A stretch of 64,000 nt of DNA from an uncultured delta proteobacterium (GCA_963727485.1 CAVSGM010000003.1:96001-160000), one strand, 5' to 3'; counted from the stretch's first letter, positions 44,017-55,410 are shown. Made by a program: numbers and translations. Notes: a model not told the origin generated them from the sequence alone.

Positions 44017-44715
44017 TCAGAGGCCGAGGGCGGCGAGGAGGGGATCGACGTGGGCGGAAAGGTCCGGGGCGTCGCCTTCGAGGTGGGGCAGGGGGCCGAG
44101 GACCGAAAGGCCGGTGAGGCGCGCGAGGATCTCCGCGTTGTCCAAGATCGACGGGTCGTCCCCGGGGCCCACGGGATCGGGGCCGGCGTTGAGGACAATC
44201 GCGGCGACCGAAAGGCCCCGGGCCCGGCACGCCTCCACGGTGAGGCGGCTGTGGTTGAGGGTGCCGAGGCGGGCGCGGGCCACCACCAGGAGCGGCAGGC
44301 AGAGGGCCACCGCGAGGTCGGCGACGTCGTGCTCGGCGGTGAGGGGGACGAGGAGCCCGCCGGCCGCCTCGACCACCACCACCGGGTGGCGCCGGGCGAG
44401 CTCGGCGTAGGCGGCGAGGGTGGGCGCGAGGGTGAGCGTCCGACCTTCCCGGGCGGCGGCGATCCCCGGGGCCAGCGGGAGGCGGAAGCGGTGGAGGCAG
44501 ACGGTGTCCAGGGGCTGGGTGTCCCCGGCGGCGGCCTTGAGCTTCAGGGCGTCGGCGGGGAGCAGGGTGCCGTCCGGGGCCTCGGCGCAGCCGCTCTCGA
44601 AGGGCTTGAGGACGCCCACGTCCACGCCCCGGGCCACAAGGCGCCGGACGAGGGCGCAGGCCACGGTGGTCTTGCCCACCTCGGTGTCGGTGGCGGTGAC
44701 CAGGAGCCCGGGCAT
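44017..44715 (-). CDS. bioD: dethiobiotin synthase
   Basis: TATDTEVGKT, KPFESG, VEAAGGLLVP, LGTLNH. Confidence 0.93.
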   Translation of the reverse strand: MPGLLVTATDTEVGKTTVACALVRRLVARGVDVGVLKPFESGCAEAPDGTLLPADALKLKAAAGDTQPLDTVCLHRFRLPLAPGIAAAREGRTLTLAPTLAAYAELARRHPVVVVEAAGGLLVPLTAEHDVADLAVALCLPLLVVARARLGTLNHSRLTVEACRARGLSVAAIVLNAGPDPVGPGDDPSILDNAEILARLTGLSVLGPLPHLEGDAPDLSAHVDPLLAALGL

Positions 44716-46148
44716 CACTTCGCCGCGGGGGTCTTCGAGGCGGTGGGTGTTGCCTGCGCCGACGGAGGCGCGGTGATGGTTCCGTCCCGGGCGACGACGA
44801 CGCCGGTCGTGGGGAAGTCGGACGCGGTGAGGGTGCGCACGAGATCGATCACCCGGCCCTTCGGATCCGGCCTCGGCACGCCCTTGCCCGCAAGCTCGGT
44901 GGGCAGGATCTTCCCGCGGAGGAAGCGGCCGTGGGCGTTCATCGTCACCTGCAGGATCATCCCGAGGGCGGTGGGGCCGGCGAGGTGGAAGCGGCCGTAG
45001 GTGGCGAAGTTGCCCAGGGAGTAGGCGATGAGGTGATGCTTGTAGACCTCCATCGCCCGGGCCACGTGGGGCCCGCTGCCGAGGACCAGGTCGGCGCCGG
45101 CGTCGATGACCCCGTGGGCGAAGACCGGCAGGTCGCCGCGATCCTCGCCGAAGAACAGCTCGTGCCCCTTCACCACGTGGAGGTGGCTCGCCCCCTCGCC
45201 GCCGCCGTGGAAGTAGACGATCACCAGGTTGTGGGTGCGCTTGGTGGCGCGGACCAGGGCCCTCGCGGTCTTCAGGTCGTTGACGTCGTTGCACGACGGC
45301 GAGGTGTGGAAGGCGATCATGGCGATCTTGAGGCCCTTGCGCCGGACCTCGGCGATGGTCCCCGGGGGGCCCGACCACTTGATCCCCAGCTTGTTGAGGG
45401 TGTGCTCGGTCTCCTCCCGGCACAGCTCGCCGTAGTCGCCGGCGTGGTTGTTGGCCACCGACGCCAGGTCGACCCCGGCGCGCTTGAGGTAGCGGCCGTA
45501 GCGGGTGGGGGAGCGGAAGGCGTAGCAGTTGGCCCCCGGCGCGCACTTGTGGCTCACGCCGTGATCGCACAGCGGGCCCTCGAGGTTCACCGAGGTGAGG
45601 TCCGCGTGGCGCAGCTCCGGGGCCACCGCGTCCAGGAGGTGCCGGCCGTCGTGGGGCGGCAGGAAGCCCTTGGGGACGGTGGTGCCCATCATCACGTCGC
45701 CCACGGCCCGGATGGTGATCGTCGTGCCCTTGGGGGCCGCCGGGGGCGGCGGCGCCGGGGCGTGCCTGCGCGAGTCCCGGAGGCGCTGGGCCAGGGCGAG
45801 CTGCTGCCTGGCCCGGGGCAGGTACTCGGCGAGGTGGGGGTAGTGGGGGGCGAGCTGCTTCACCCGGCTCCACTCGAAGACCACCTGCCCCCAGGCGCCG
45901 TCGAGGTAGTAGGCCCAGCCGAGCTGCCAGTGGCAGTCGGCGCGCTCCGGGGCCAGGTGGACGCAGCGCCGGAGGGCGGTCTGGGCGCCGGCGGCGTCCT
46001 TCTTCTTCAGGGCGGCCACCCCGGCGGCGAGGGCGGCGTCGGCCGGCGAGGCCTTGGCGGTCGGCTTCGTCGCTGGCGGCGCGGCGAGGGCCGGGCGGGC
46101 GAGGGCGGCGACGACGAGGAGGGCGAGTGGGGCAGGACGGCGCAGCAT
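44715..46148 (-). CDS. secreted TPR + CapA/PgsA-family metallophosphatase domain protein
   Basis: Signal peptide; TPR; AVGDVM, NLEGP, ANNHAGD, FHGG, GPHV, YSLGNF. Confidence 0.85.
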   Translation of the reverse strand: MLRRPAPLALLVVAALARPALAAPPATKPTAKASPADAALAAGVAALKKKDAAGAQTALRRCVHLAPERADCHWQLGWAYYLDGAWGQVVFEWSRVKQLAPHYPHLAEYLPRARQQLALAQRLRDSRRHAPAPPPPAAPKGTTITIRAVGDVMMGTTVPKGFLPPHDGRHLLDAVAPELRHADLTSVNLEGPLCDHGVSHKCAPGANCYAFRSPTRYGRYLKRAGVDLASVANNHAGDYGELCREETEHTLNKLGIKWSGPPGTIAEVRRKGLKIAMIAFHTSPSCNDVNDLKTARALVRATKRTHNLVIVYFHGGGEGASHLHVVKGHELFFGEDRGDLPVFAHGVIDAGADLVLGSGPHVARAMEVYKHHLIAYSLGNFATYGRFHLAGPTALGMILQVTMNAHGRFLRGKILPTELAGKGVPRPDPKGRVIDLVRTLTASDFPTTGVVVARDGTITAPPSAQATPTASKTPAAK

Positions 46149-46190
46149 GGCGCCGCAGTCTAGCAGCGGACGAGACTCGACGGGGCGCGG

Positions 46191-48441
46191 CTAGTCCGGG
46201 GTCACCAGCTCGCCGCCAAACGGGCTGGAGTTCTTCACGAAGAACACCGAGCGCAGCCCCTCGGCCATGGCCTCGAGCTGCTCGGCGGCCTTCGCCTCAC
46301 CGCCGGCCTCGGGGACCGAGAGGCCGAGGAACACCAGGTCGGCGTCGGCGCTCTGGGACTGGATCATCTCCCGCACCGTCTGCCCCTCGGGGCGCAGCTG
46401 CACGGTGACCTCGGCGTCGATGCGGATCTCCGGGAGGAAGCGCCCGAGGTGGCGCTCGGTCTCGCCCTTCATGTGCTCGTTGCTGGCGAGCGACATCACC
46501 CGGATCTTCGCCCCGCGCCACTCGGGGTTCCTCGTGAGCAGGTGGGCCAGCAAGAGCATCAGGTCGCCGTTACGCTGCAGGCCCCCCCACCACACGTGGA
46601 TCTCCCGGCGGCGCTTGCCCTTGCCGGTCAGGAGCCCCGGCTGCACCCGGGCGACGATGGCCGACTTGTGGAGCTTCTCCAGCCGGCGCACCACCTGGAG
46701 CAGCTCGGCCATCCGCGCCGCCTCCCGCGGCCAGCCGAGCAGCGCGGTGTTGGAGTCGAGGCCGGCGATGCCGTTGGCCTGCATCACGCTGGCGATCCCC
46801 GGCAGCGCCTCGTCCACCGCGTCGACCTCCCCGAAGGCGATGAGCCCCTCCCGGTCGAGGACCCGGGTGAGACGCTCGGTCCGGGCGTCGAGGTCCACGT
46901 CGAGGAGGTCGCCGACGACCAGCTCGCAGACCGTGACCACCCCGCGGCCCTGGGAGAACCAGGTGCCGAAGCGGACCAGGTCGAGGTGGCGCTCGACGTC
47001 GTCGACGAAGGTGAGGATGTGGGGCCGCCAGCTCCGTGCGGTCATCGGCCGGCGCGAGAGGCGCAGGAGCGACCAGCGGATCAGCGCCTCGTACATCCCC
47101 CGGCGGGCGTCGCCCCACTCGGCCCGGCGCTCCCGGCGCCCGAGCCACAGCCACAGGGCGATCTCCACGGCGATGGCCGCCGCCGCCGCCTTGGCGTCGA
47201 TGAGGAACATCACCGCGAACGAGCCCAGGGCGCCGACGAGGCTCACCAGCCAGGGCACCCGGATCTTGGGGCGCCAGGAGGCGTCGCCGGAGAGGGTCTC
47301 CAGGGCGGCGACCAGGTTCACCATCCCGTAGACGGTGAGGAAGAACATCGAGACCACCGGGGCCACGGCGTTGAGGTTCCCCAGGAGCACCGCGCCCAGG
47401 GCGATGGCGACGGTGCCGATGAGGCCGAGGATGGGCTCGCCGGTCTGCTTCCCCGCGAGCATCTTCGGCGCCAGCTCGTCCATCGCCAGCGCCTGGAGGG
47501 TGCGCGGGGCGCCGAGGGCCGAGCCCACCGCCGAGGAGAAGATCGCCCCCCAGAGCCCGGGGACCACCAGCCAGGCGCCCAGAGGCGCGATGCGGGTCCA
47601 GATCAGCGGGTCCTTGAGGGCCTGGGGATTGGCGCCGGCGTGGAGGAGGAACGGGACGCCGAGGTAGATGACGAAGCCGGTGAGGGTGGCGGCGATGGCG
47701 CCCAGGGGGATGGCCTTGCCCGGGTTGCGCAGGTCGCCGGAGAGGCCGAGGCCGGCCATCACCCCGGTGACCGCCGGGAAGAACACCGCGAACACCACCC
47801 AGAAGCCCACGGCCTTGGCGGCGGGGGCGGCGACGGGGACCGGGTCGGCGACGTAGTGGCCCCGGAGGACCCCGACCGCGAGCGCCGCGATGGCCATGAC
47901 GATGAGCACCATCAGGGGGATCTGCGCCTTGAGGGCGGCGTTGGCGCCCTTGAACGCCAGGATCCCCACCGCGGCGACGATGACGAAGGCGGCGAGCTCC
48001 ACCGGGACGCCCGGCCACACGATGCGCAGGGACTCGGCGAGACCGAAGGCGTAGAGGGTCACCGAGAACGCCTGGGAGAGGAAGAGCGGCACCCCGATGG
48101 CGCCGCCGATCTCCAGGCCCAGGCTCCGCGGAGATCATGTAGTAGGCGCCGCCCACGCCCACGTGGATGTTGGTGGCCACCGCCGAGAGCGAGAGCGCGG
48201 TGATGAGGGTGATGACGTTGGCGATGACGACGATGAGCAGCGTCTTCGGCAGGCCCACCGAGCCCACGACCCACCCGAAGCGCAGGAACATGATCACGCC
48301 GAGGATGGTGAGCACCGTCGGGGTGTAGACCCCGATGAAGGTGCCCAGCTTGCCGTCCTTCGGCCGCCGCGGCTTGCGGAAGCGCGAGAGCAGTCCCCCC
48401 TTCACCGGCGACCGCGTCGCTGTCTCCTCGCCCTTGGCCAT
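46191..48441 (-). CDS. cation-chloride cotransporter (SLC12-like) amino acid permease family (apparent +1 frameshift at 48130-48131)
   Basis: LGTFIGVYTPTVLTILGVIMFLR, GGAYYMIS|RSLGLEIGG, FFPAVTG..GDL, SWRPHIL, VWWGG. Confidence 0.85.
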
Positions 48442-48499
48442 GGGCGGAGAGGGTACTCGGGGACGGGGGCTTCGCGCGAGGGGGGAAGCGCGGCGGCCC

Positions 48500-49540
48500 C
48501 TAGCCGAAGAACACCGCGGCGTCGTCGTAGAGCGCCTGGTCGATGCCCTTGAGCTTGGCGGTGGCCTCGGCGAGCGGCACCTCGACCATGGCGGTGCCCT
48601 TGAGGGCGACCATCATCCCGAACTGCCCCCGCTGCACCATCTCGGCGGCGTGGAGGCCGAAGCGGGTGGCGAGCACCCGGTCCCAGGCGGTGGGGCTGCC
48701 CCCGCGCTGCACGTGGCCCAGGGTGGTCACCCGGGTCTCGATCCCGAGGCGCTCCTCGAGCTCGGCGGCGAGCCAGGCGCCGACGCCCCCGAGGCGCGGG
48801 CGGCCGAAGTCGTCGGGGGTGGCGATGGCGGTGATGAGCCTGGGCTCCCCGTCCTCGCCGATGATCCGGGCGCCCTCGGCGACGACCACGATGGAGAAGT
48901 TCTTCCCCCGGCGGTGGCGGCGCTCGAGGCTCCGGGCGAGCTCGTCGAGGTCGGTGGCCCGCTCGGGGACCAGGATGGCGTCGGCGCCCCCGGCCATCCC
49001 CGCGTGGAGCGCGATGTGGCCCACGTGCCGGCCCATGACCTCGACCACCATGACCCGGCTGTGGGCCTCGGCGGTGGTGTGGAGGCGGTCGATGGCGTCG
49101 GTGGCGATCTGCACCGCGGTGTCGAAGCCGAAGGTGTAGTCGGTGGCGGCGATGTCGTTGTCGATGGTCTTCGGCACCCCGACCACCTTGAGCTGGCCGC
49201 GCTCGTGGAAGCGCCGGGTGATGGAGAGGGTGCCCTCGCCGCCGATGGCGATCACCGCGTCGAGGCCGAGCTCGGCGGCGGTGTGCTCCACCCGCGCCGG
49301 GCCGTCGTCTGCCTGGTAGGGGTTCACGCGGGTGGTCCCGAGGATGGTGCCCCCGGCGTGGAGGATCCCGCTGACCGCGCGCTGGGTGAGCTTGAAGTGG
49401 TCGCGCTCGAGGAGCCCCTGCCACCCGCCCCGGATCCCGGTGACCTCGTAGTGGAGGGACACCGAGCGCCGGACCACCGCGCGAATCACCGCGTTGAGCC
49501 CCGGGCAGTCGCCGCCGCCGGTGAGGATGCCGACCTTCAC
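48500..49540 (-). CDS. pfkA: 6-phosphofructokinase (group III type)
   Basis: [37 protein letters not shown] start. Confidence 0.9.
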   Translation of the reverse strand: MKVGILTGGGDCPGLNAVIRAVVRRSVSLHYEVTGIRGGWQGLLERDHFKLTQRAVSGILHAGGTILGTTRVNPYQADDGPARVEHTAAELGLDAVIAIGGEGTLSITRRFHERGQLKVVGVPKTIDNDIAATDYTFGFDTAVQIATDAIDRLHTTAEAHSRVMVVEVMGRHVGHIALHAGMAGGADAILVPERATDLDELARSLERRHRRGKNFSIVVVAEGARIIGEDGEPRLITAIATPDDFGRPRLGGVGAWLAAELEERLGIETRVTTLGHVQRGGSPTAWDRVLATRFGLHAAEMVQRGQFGMMVALKGTAMVEVPLAEATAKLKGIDQALYDDAAVFFG

Positions 49541-49641
49541 GGGTGCCTCGTTACGCCAGGGTGGGCAGGGCTGCAAGCACGGATATCCTGCGCTGCGCCG
49601 GATCGTTGCCCGGCCGGGGTCGCGGTGCTAATCCCCCACCC

Positions 49642-51036
49642 ATGAAGACGCGCATCGAAACCGACTCCATGGGTGAGATGGAGGTCCCGGCGGACCGCTA
49701 CTACGGCGCCCAGACCGCCCGCTCCAAGTCGAACTTCAAGATCGGCGGCGAGACCATGCCCCGGGAGATCCTCCGGGCCTTCGGGATCCTCAAGAAGGCC
49801 GCGGCGATCACCAACCGGGACCTGGGCAACCTCGAGCCGGCCATCGCCGACCTCATCGTCAAGGCCGCCGACGAGGTCATCGCCGGCAAGCTCGACGACC
49901 ACTTCCCCCTGGTGGTGTGGCAGACCGGGTCGGGGACCCAGTCGAACATGAACGTCAACGAGGTCATCTCCAACCGCGCCATCGAGCTCGCCGGCGGACA
50001 GATGGGCTCCAAGAAGCCGGTCCACCCCAACGACCACGTCAACCGCTCCCAGTCGAGCAACGACACCTTCCCCACCGCCATGCACATCGCCGCGGTGGAG
50101 CGCATCGAGGACCACCTCCTGCCCAAGGTGAAGCAGCTGCGGGACACCCTGGCGGGCAAGTCCGAGCAGTTCGCCGACATCGTGAAGATCGGGCGCACCC
50201 ACCTCCAGGACGCGGTGCCCCTGACCCTGGGCCAGGAGATGAGCGGCTGGGTGGCCCAGCTCGACCACGCCCTGGCCGCCGTCGAGGCCACGCTCCCCCA
50301 GCTCCGGGAGCTGGCGCTCGGCGGCACCGCGGTGGGCACCGGGCTCAACACCCACCCCAAGTACGCCGAGCAGGTGGCGGCGAAGATCGCCGAGCTGTCC
50401 GGCCACGCCTTCGTCACCGCGCCCAACAAGTTCGGGGCGCTCGCCGCCCACGACGCCTTCGTGGGGACCAGCGGGGCCCTCAAGCAGCTCGCCGCCGCGT
50501 GCATGAAGATCGCCAACGACGTGCGCTGGCTCGCCAGCGGCCCGCGCTGCGGCATCGGCGAGCTGAAGATCCCCGAGAACGAGCCGGGCAGCTCCATCAT
50601 GCCGGGCAAGGTGAACCCCACCCAGGCCGAGGCCATGACCATGGTCTGCTGCCAGGTCTTCGGCAACGACGCCACCATCGGCTTCGCCGGCTCCCAGGGG
50701 AACTTCGAGCTCAACGTCTACAAGCCGGTGATCGCCTTCAACCTGCTCCAGTCGGTGCGGCTCCTCGGCGACAGCTGCGAGAGCTTCGACATTCACTGCG
50801 CGGTGGGCATCGAGCCCAACCGCGAGGTCATCGAGCGGAACCTCAAGAACTCCCTGATGCTGGTGACGGCGCTGAACCCCAAGATCGGCTACGACAACGC
50901 CGCCAAGGTGGCCAAGCACGCCCACAAGACCGGCGGCACCCTCAAGGACGCGGCGGTGGAGCTGGGCCTGCTCACCGCGGAGGAGTTCGACGCCGCCGTC
51001 CGGCCCGATAAGATGGTCGGACCCCTCGATCTGTAG
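49642..51036 (+). CDS. fumC: class II fumarate hydratase
   Basis: [31 protein letters not shown]. Confidence 0.97.
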   Translation: MKTRIETDSMGEMEVPADRYYGAQTARSKSNFKIGGETMPREILRAFGILKKAAAITNRDLGNLEPAIADLIVKAADEVIAGKLDDHFPLVVWQTGSGTQSNMNVNEVISNRAIELAGGQMGSKKPVHPNDHVNRSQSSNDTFPTAMHIAAVERIEDHLLPKVKQLRDTLAGKSEQFADIVKIGRTHLQDAVPLTLGQEMSGWVAQLDHALAAVEATLPQLRELALGGTAVGTGLNTHPKYAEQVAAKIAELSGHAFVTAPNKFGALAAHDAFVGTSGALKQLAAACMKIANDVRWLASGPRCGIGELKIPENEPGSSIMPGKVNPTQAEAMTMVCCQVFGNDATIGFAGSQGNFELNVYKPVIAFNLLQSVRLLGDSCESFDIHCAVGIEPNREVIERNLKNSLMLVTALNPKIGYDNAAKVAKHAHKTGGTLKDAAVELGLLTAEEFDAAVRPDKMVGPLDL

Positions 51037-51057
51037 TCCGCCTCCAGGAGCGTCCGC

Positions 51058-51786
51058 ATGTCCCCGAGCCCCCGCCTCGCCCTCGCCGCCGCCGTCCTCT
51101 TCGCCTGTGCCGCCTGCAGCGGCGGGAGCGGCGGGGGCACCCCCGACGGCGGCACCGACGGGGGCTCGAACGGCCAGACCGACCAGGCCTACTTCGGGCT
51201 GACCGACGGCACCTGCTACGGCTTCCTCCAGGCCGGGGGCACCGCGGGCCGTCCCCCGGACGCCACCATCGGGATCCAGGCGGACAACACCCTGGGCTAC
51301 CCGGCGCTGCGGGTGGACTACCGGGTGGGCGGCTTCGTCCTCCGCACCGACTTCGTGACCGTGGACAACGGCCAGGTGCTGCTCCACCGGCGCGAGGAGA
51401 CGGGCAACCCCGGGATGCAGGTGGAGTTCAGCCCGCCCATCGTGCTCCTCGAGCGGCCGGTGCGGGAGACCGGGACCTCGCCTGTCACCACCGACTCCAC
51501 CTCCACCGACGTGACCGACAGCAGCACCGCCGCCTGGCACGTGGAGGTCACCGTCGCCGCCACCCAGTCCACCCAGACCACCCAGCAGAGCGCCCCCTAC
51601 GACGCCTACCCGGTCTACCTCGCCTACCAGCACCCGACCCTGGGGGCGGCGCAGCAGGACAAGCTGTGGGTGGTCCCGAACACCGGCTTCGTGCGCGCCG
51701 ACCTCGACGGCTCGAGCTGGCCCGACGTCACCCTCTCCGCCATCTGGCAGCTCAAGCCGGGGGAAAGCCGATGCACCGCGCCGTGA
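51058..51786 (+). CDS. hypothetical lipoprotein
   Basis: AGGAG RBS; lipobox AAC; PDGGTDGG linker. Confidence 0.75.
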   Translation: MSPSPRLALAAAVLFACAACSGGSGGGTPDGGTDGGSNGQTDQAYFGLTDGTCYGFLQAGGTAGRPPDATIGIQADNTLGYPALRVDYRVGGFVLRTDFVTVDNGQVLLHRREETGNPGMQVEFSPPIVLLERPVRETGTSPVTTDSTSTDVTDSSTAAWHVEVTVAATQSTQTTQQSAPYDAYPVYLAYQHPTLGAAQQDKLWVVPNTGFVRADLDGSSWPDVTLSAIWQLKPGESRCTAP

Positions 51787-52637
51787 TCCGTTCCGTCCGC
51801 CGGGCCCTGGTCCCGGCCCTGGGCCTCGCCCTGGGCCTCGGCTTCGGTCTCGCCTCGTGCAAGACCGCGCCGCAGGTGAAGGCGCCGGGCACCTTCACCG
51901 TCGAGCCCACGGGCCTCAAGACCACCCACCAGACCCTCTCGAGCTTCACCGTGACCCTCTCGGCGTCGGTGGAGAACCCGGGGAAGGTGCCGCTGACGAT
52001 CACCGGCGCCGACTACACACTCACCGTCGGGGGCAAGGTGCTGCGCACCGGCCACGCGCCCCTGGAGCTGACGGTGGCGCCCACGAGCAGCGGCCAGCTC
52101 TCGTTCCCAGTGGCGGTGGAGTACGCCCTCAAGCTCGAGGAGCTCCAGAAGCTCGCGAGCACCCCCACCATCGATCTCCTCCTCGGCGGGACCATCGACG
52201 GCAAGCTGGGGACGCAGGCGGTCCAGGTGCCCTTCTCCCGGGCCGGGCAGCTTCGCAGCCCCCGGCTGCCGACGGTCAAGCTCGGGACCCCCGACGCCGC
52301 GCGCCAGAGCCTCTCGGAGATCGCCGCCACCTTCCGCCTCCAGGTGGAGAACGACAACCCGTTCCCGGTGAAGCTCGACGGCCTCGACTACGTGCTCACC
52401 GTCCAGGGCGCCGACGTGGCCTCGGGGACCGTCGGCGACCGGACCACCGTGCCGCCCTCGTCGACCCAGACCTGGGAGGTCCCGACGGACCTCACCGAGA
52501 AGACGGTCCCGGGGATGACCAAGGCGATGAAGGAGAACAACGCCCTCGACGATCACCTCAAGGGCGTGTTGCACCTGGGGCCGGTGGACGTGCCGGTGGA
52601 TCTGACCTCGCAGATCACCTTCACCGAGCAGCGGTAG
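51771..52637 (+). CDS. lipoprotein with two LEA_2/WHy domains
   Basis: Lipobox LASC; VENPGKVPL and VENDNPFPV..GLDY repeats. Confidence 0.8.
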   Translation: MHRAVIRSVRRALVPALGLALGLGFGLASCKTAPQVKAPGTFTVEPTGLKTTHQTLSSFTVTLSASVENPGKVPLTITGADYTLTVGGKVLRTGHAPLELTVAPTSSGQLSFPVAVEYALKLEELQKLASTPTIDLLLGGTIDGKLGTQAVQVPFSRAGQLRSPRLPTVKLGTPDAARQSLSEIAATFRLQVENDNPFPVKLDGLDYVLTVQGADVASGTVGDRTTVPPSSTQTWEVPTDLTEKTVPGMTKAMKENNALDDHLKGVLHLGPVDVPVDLTSQITFTEQR

Positions 52638-52722
52638 CAGCGGTCGCGCCCCGGGGGCGGCGACCCGCCGGCGAGGTCGGTGAGGTCGGTGACGGTGGGG
52701 GCTTGATTCTCGGGTCGGCTTT

Positions 52723-52758
52723 CAACTAACAATCAAAAAATCATTTGATTGTTAGTTG
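52723..52758. promoter_or_regulatory. operator: perfect 15-bp inverted repeat CAACTAACAATCAAA-N6-TTTGATTGTTAGTTG overlapping the promoter
   Basis: AT-rich island; TTGATT -35 at 52703-52708; lies directly before the ArsR gene. Confidence 0.8.
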
Positions 52759-52766
52759 GAGTGACC

Positions 52767-53444
52767 GTGCCCAAGACCGAAGTCCGAGACCAGCTCTACG
52801 AGGCCTACGCCCGCATCGGCCAGGCCGCCGGCAGCCCCCGGCGCCTGCGCCTGCTCAACATCCTTGCCCAGGCCGAGAAGACCGTGGAGGCCCTGGCCGA
52901 GGAGACCGGCCAGTCCACCGCCGCGGTGAGCGCCCACCTCAAGGTCCTCCGGGAGGCCCACCTGGTCGCCGGCCGCCGGGAGGGGCGCCACGTGCGCTAC
53001 CGGGTCGCCGACGACACGGTCACCCGGTTCTGGGTCGCCCTCCAGGCCCTCGGCGAGGCGAGGCTCCCCCAGGTCCGGGACACGGTCCACCGCTACTTCT
53101 CCGAGCCCGAGACCCTCGAGCCCTTCGACGCCTGGACCCTCCTCGGCCAGGTGCAGCGTGGCGAGGTCCTCCTCCTCGACCTGCGAAAGGCCGACGAGTA
53201 CGCCGCCGGCCACATCCCCGGCGCCCGCTCCGTCCCCGCCATCGAGCTCGAGTCGCGTCTCGCCGAGCTGCCCACCGATCGCCGGATCGTCGCCTACTGC
53301 CGCGGCCCCTACTGCGTGGTCGCCCTGGAAACCGTCGAGCGCCTCCGGGCGAAGGGCCTGGAGGTGCGGCGCCTCCCCGCGGGGATCGCCGAGTGGCAGG
53401 CCGGCGGCCACGACCTCGAGCGCATCCCCAACCCCCTCACCTGA
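52767..53444 (+). CDS. ArsR/SmtB family regulator fused to a rhodanese domain
   Basis: SPRRLRLL..VSAHLKVLREAHLV HTH; DLR..EYAAGHIPGA and YCRGPYC rhodanese motifs. Confidence 0.88.
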   Translation: MPKTEVRDQLYEAYARIGQAAGSPRRLRLLNILAQAEKTVEALAEETGQSTAAVSAHLKVLREAHLVAGRREGRHVRYRVADDTVTRFWVALQALGEARLPQVRDTVHRYFSEPETLEPFDAWTLLGQVQRGEVLLLDLRKADEYAAGHIPGARSVPAIELESRLAELPTDRRIVAYCRGPYCVVALETVERLRAKGLEVRRLPAGIAEWQAGGHDLERIPNPLT

Positions 53445-53459
53445 ACCGGAGTCCCCACC

Positions 53460-54413
53460 ATGTCCGCCCCCCTTGACGCCTCCAAGCGCGCCGACGCCCT
53501 CTTCCGGGGCCTGTTCAGCCTCCTCTTCGTGGTCGCCGGGATCGAGCACCTGTTCAACACCCAGAAGGTGGTGGCCAAGCTCGCCCACGCGCCGCTGGCC
53601 TGGCTGGCCACCGACCTCGCCCCGCCGACCTTCCTGGTCGTCGCCGCGGGCGTCACCCTCTTCGTCTTCGGCCTGATGATGCTCCTGGGCTTCCGCACCC
53701 GCCTGGCGGCGGTGGTCCTCATCGCGGTGCTCATCCCCATCACCATCACGGTGCAGGTGGGCAGCGTGAAGACCATCGGGCCCCTGCTCAAGAACGTGGC
53801 GCTCCTCGGCGGCCTCATCCACTTCGCCTCCGTGGGCAGCGGGCCGGTGAGCCTCGACGCCCTCTTCGCCCGCCTCCGGGGCCAGACCCTCGAGGGCGAC
53901 GGCCTCACCCTCTTCGGGCGGTCCGCCGGGGTCGGGGCGCTCGCCGCCGGGGCGCTGGCCCTGATCCTCGGGGTCGTCGTGGCCTCCATGGGCTGCCCCC
54001 GGGCCGCCGCGGCGGAGGAGGGGCACAAGGCGTGCGCCGCCCCCAAGCGCGCCGCCCTCGGCGCCCCGGTGGAGAAGGCCGAAGGCGTCGCCTTCCTGGT
54101 CCGCGACGTGTCCACCCTCAAGGCGAGCCTCGGCACCGCCGGCCAGATGCTCCACGGCCAGGGCTTCCCCGTCGCCCACGCCGAGGTGGTGGTCTGCGGG
54201 AAGCTGGTCCAGCAGCTGGTCATGGGCTCCGACCTCGAGCCCGCCATCGAGCGGGCGAGCCAGGGCGGGGTGAAGGTCGTGGCCTGCGGGCTCTCGCTCG
54301 CCCACATGCACGTGGACCCCCGGAGCCTCTCGACCTACGTCTCCACCGTCCCCAACGGCCTGGTGGAGATGGTCCGCCTCGAGGCGAAGGGCTGGCAGGC
54401 GGTGTCGCTCTAG
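53460..54413 (+). CDS. DoxX membrane domain fused to a DsrE/DsrF-like domain
   Basis: LFRGLFSLLFVVAG..LGFRTRLAA..KNVALLGG DoxX; VVVCG..VVACGLSL..VPNGLVEMVRL DsrE-like. Confidence 0.75.
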   Translation: MSAPLDASKRADALFRGLFSLLFVVAGIEHLFNTQKVVAKLAHAPLAWLATDLAPPTFLVVAAGVTLFVFGLMMLLGFRTRLAAVVLIAVLIPITITVQVGSVKTIGPLLKNVALLGGLIHFASVGSGPVSLDALFARLRGQTLEGDGLTLFGRSAGVGALAAGALALILGVVVASMGCPRAAAAEEGHKACAAPKRAALGAPVEKAEGVAFLVRDVSTLKASLGTAGQMLHGQGFPVAHAEVVVCGKLVQQLVMGSDLEPAIERASQGGVKVVACGLSLAHMHVDPRSLSTYVSTVPNGLVEMVRLEAKGWQAVSL

Positions 54414-54435
54414 CGGCAGCCGGGGCCCGGGCCCG

Positions 54436-55341
54436 CTACCCCTTCCCGCGGGTCCGGGTCTTCCCCGGCTCGGCGGTCTTCTCCACGAACTCGATCATCT
54501 TCCCGGCGATGTCCTTGCCGGTGGTGGTCTCGATCCCCTCGAGGCCGGGCGAGGCGTTCACCTCCATGACCACCGGCCCGTGGTGCGACCGGAGGATGTC
54601 CACGCCGGCGACGTTGAGCCCCAGGATCCGCGCCGCGCGCACCGCCGTCGACCGCTCCTCGGGGGTGATCTTCACGGTCTCGGCCTGGCCGCCCCGGTGG
54701 AGGTTGGAGCGGAACTCGCCGGCCTTCGCCGTCCGGCGCATGGAGGCGACGACCTTGTCCCCGATGACGAAGAGGCGCAGGTCCGAGCCCTTGGCCTCCT
54801 TGATGAACTCCTGGACGATGATGTTGGCGTTGAGGCCCATGAACGCCTCGATGACGCTCTCGGCGGCCTGGGAGGTCTCGGCGAGGACCACGCCGATGCC
54901 CTGGGTGCCCTCGAGGAGCTTGATCACCGACGGCGCCCCGCCCACGAACTGCAGCAGGTCCCCGACGTCGTCGGGGGAGCGGGCGAAGCCGGTGACCGGC
55001 ATCCCGATGCCCTTGCGCGCCAGCAGCTGGAGGCTCCGGAGCTTGTCCCGGGCCCGGCTGATGGCCACCGACTCGTTGAGGCAGAAGACGCCCATCATCT
55101 CGAACTGCCGCACCACCGCGGCGCCGTAGAAGGTCACCGAGGCGCCGATCCGGGGGATGACGGCGTCGAAGCCCTCGAGCTTGCGCCCCCGGTAGTGCAC
55201 CGAGGGGTTGTGGGCGGAGATGTTCATGTAGCAGCGCAGGGTGTCGATGACCTCCGCCTCGTGGCCCCGGGCCTCGCAGGCCTCCACCAGCCGGCGGGTG
55301 GAGTAGAGCTTTCGGTTGCGGGACAGGATGGCGATCTTCAT
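54436..55341 (-). CDS. rimK: ribosomal protein S6 glutamate ligase (ATP-grasp)
   Basis: [46 protein letters not shown]. Confidence 0.95.
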   Translation of the reverse strand: MKIAILSRNRKLYSTRRLVEACEARGHEAEVIDTLRCYMNISAHNPSVHYRGRKLEGFDAVIPRIGASVTFYGAAVVRQFEMMGVFCLNESVAISRARDKLRSLQLLARKGIGMPVTGFARSPDDVGDLLQFVGGAPSVIKLLEGTQGIGVVLAETSQAAESVIEAFMGLNANIIVQEFIKEAKGSDLRLFVIGDKVVASMRRTAKAGEFRSNLHRGGQAETVKITPEERSTAVRAARILGLNVAGVDILRSHHGPVVMEVNASPGLEGIETTTGKDIAGKMIEFVEKTAEPGKTRTRGKG

Positions 55342-55410
55342 GGCGCGTCCTCCGGAGAACGGGCGGAGCGGGCCTCGGCAGAGCGGGCCGGGGCCGGGGC
55401 CGTGCGGGCG

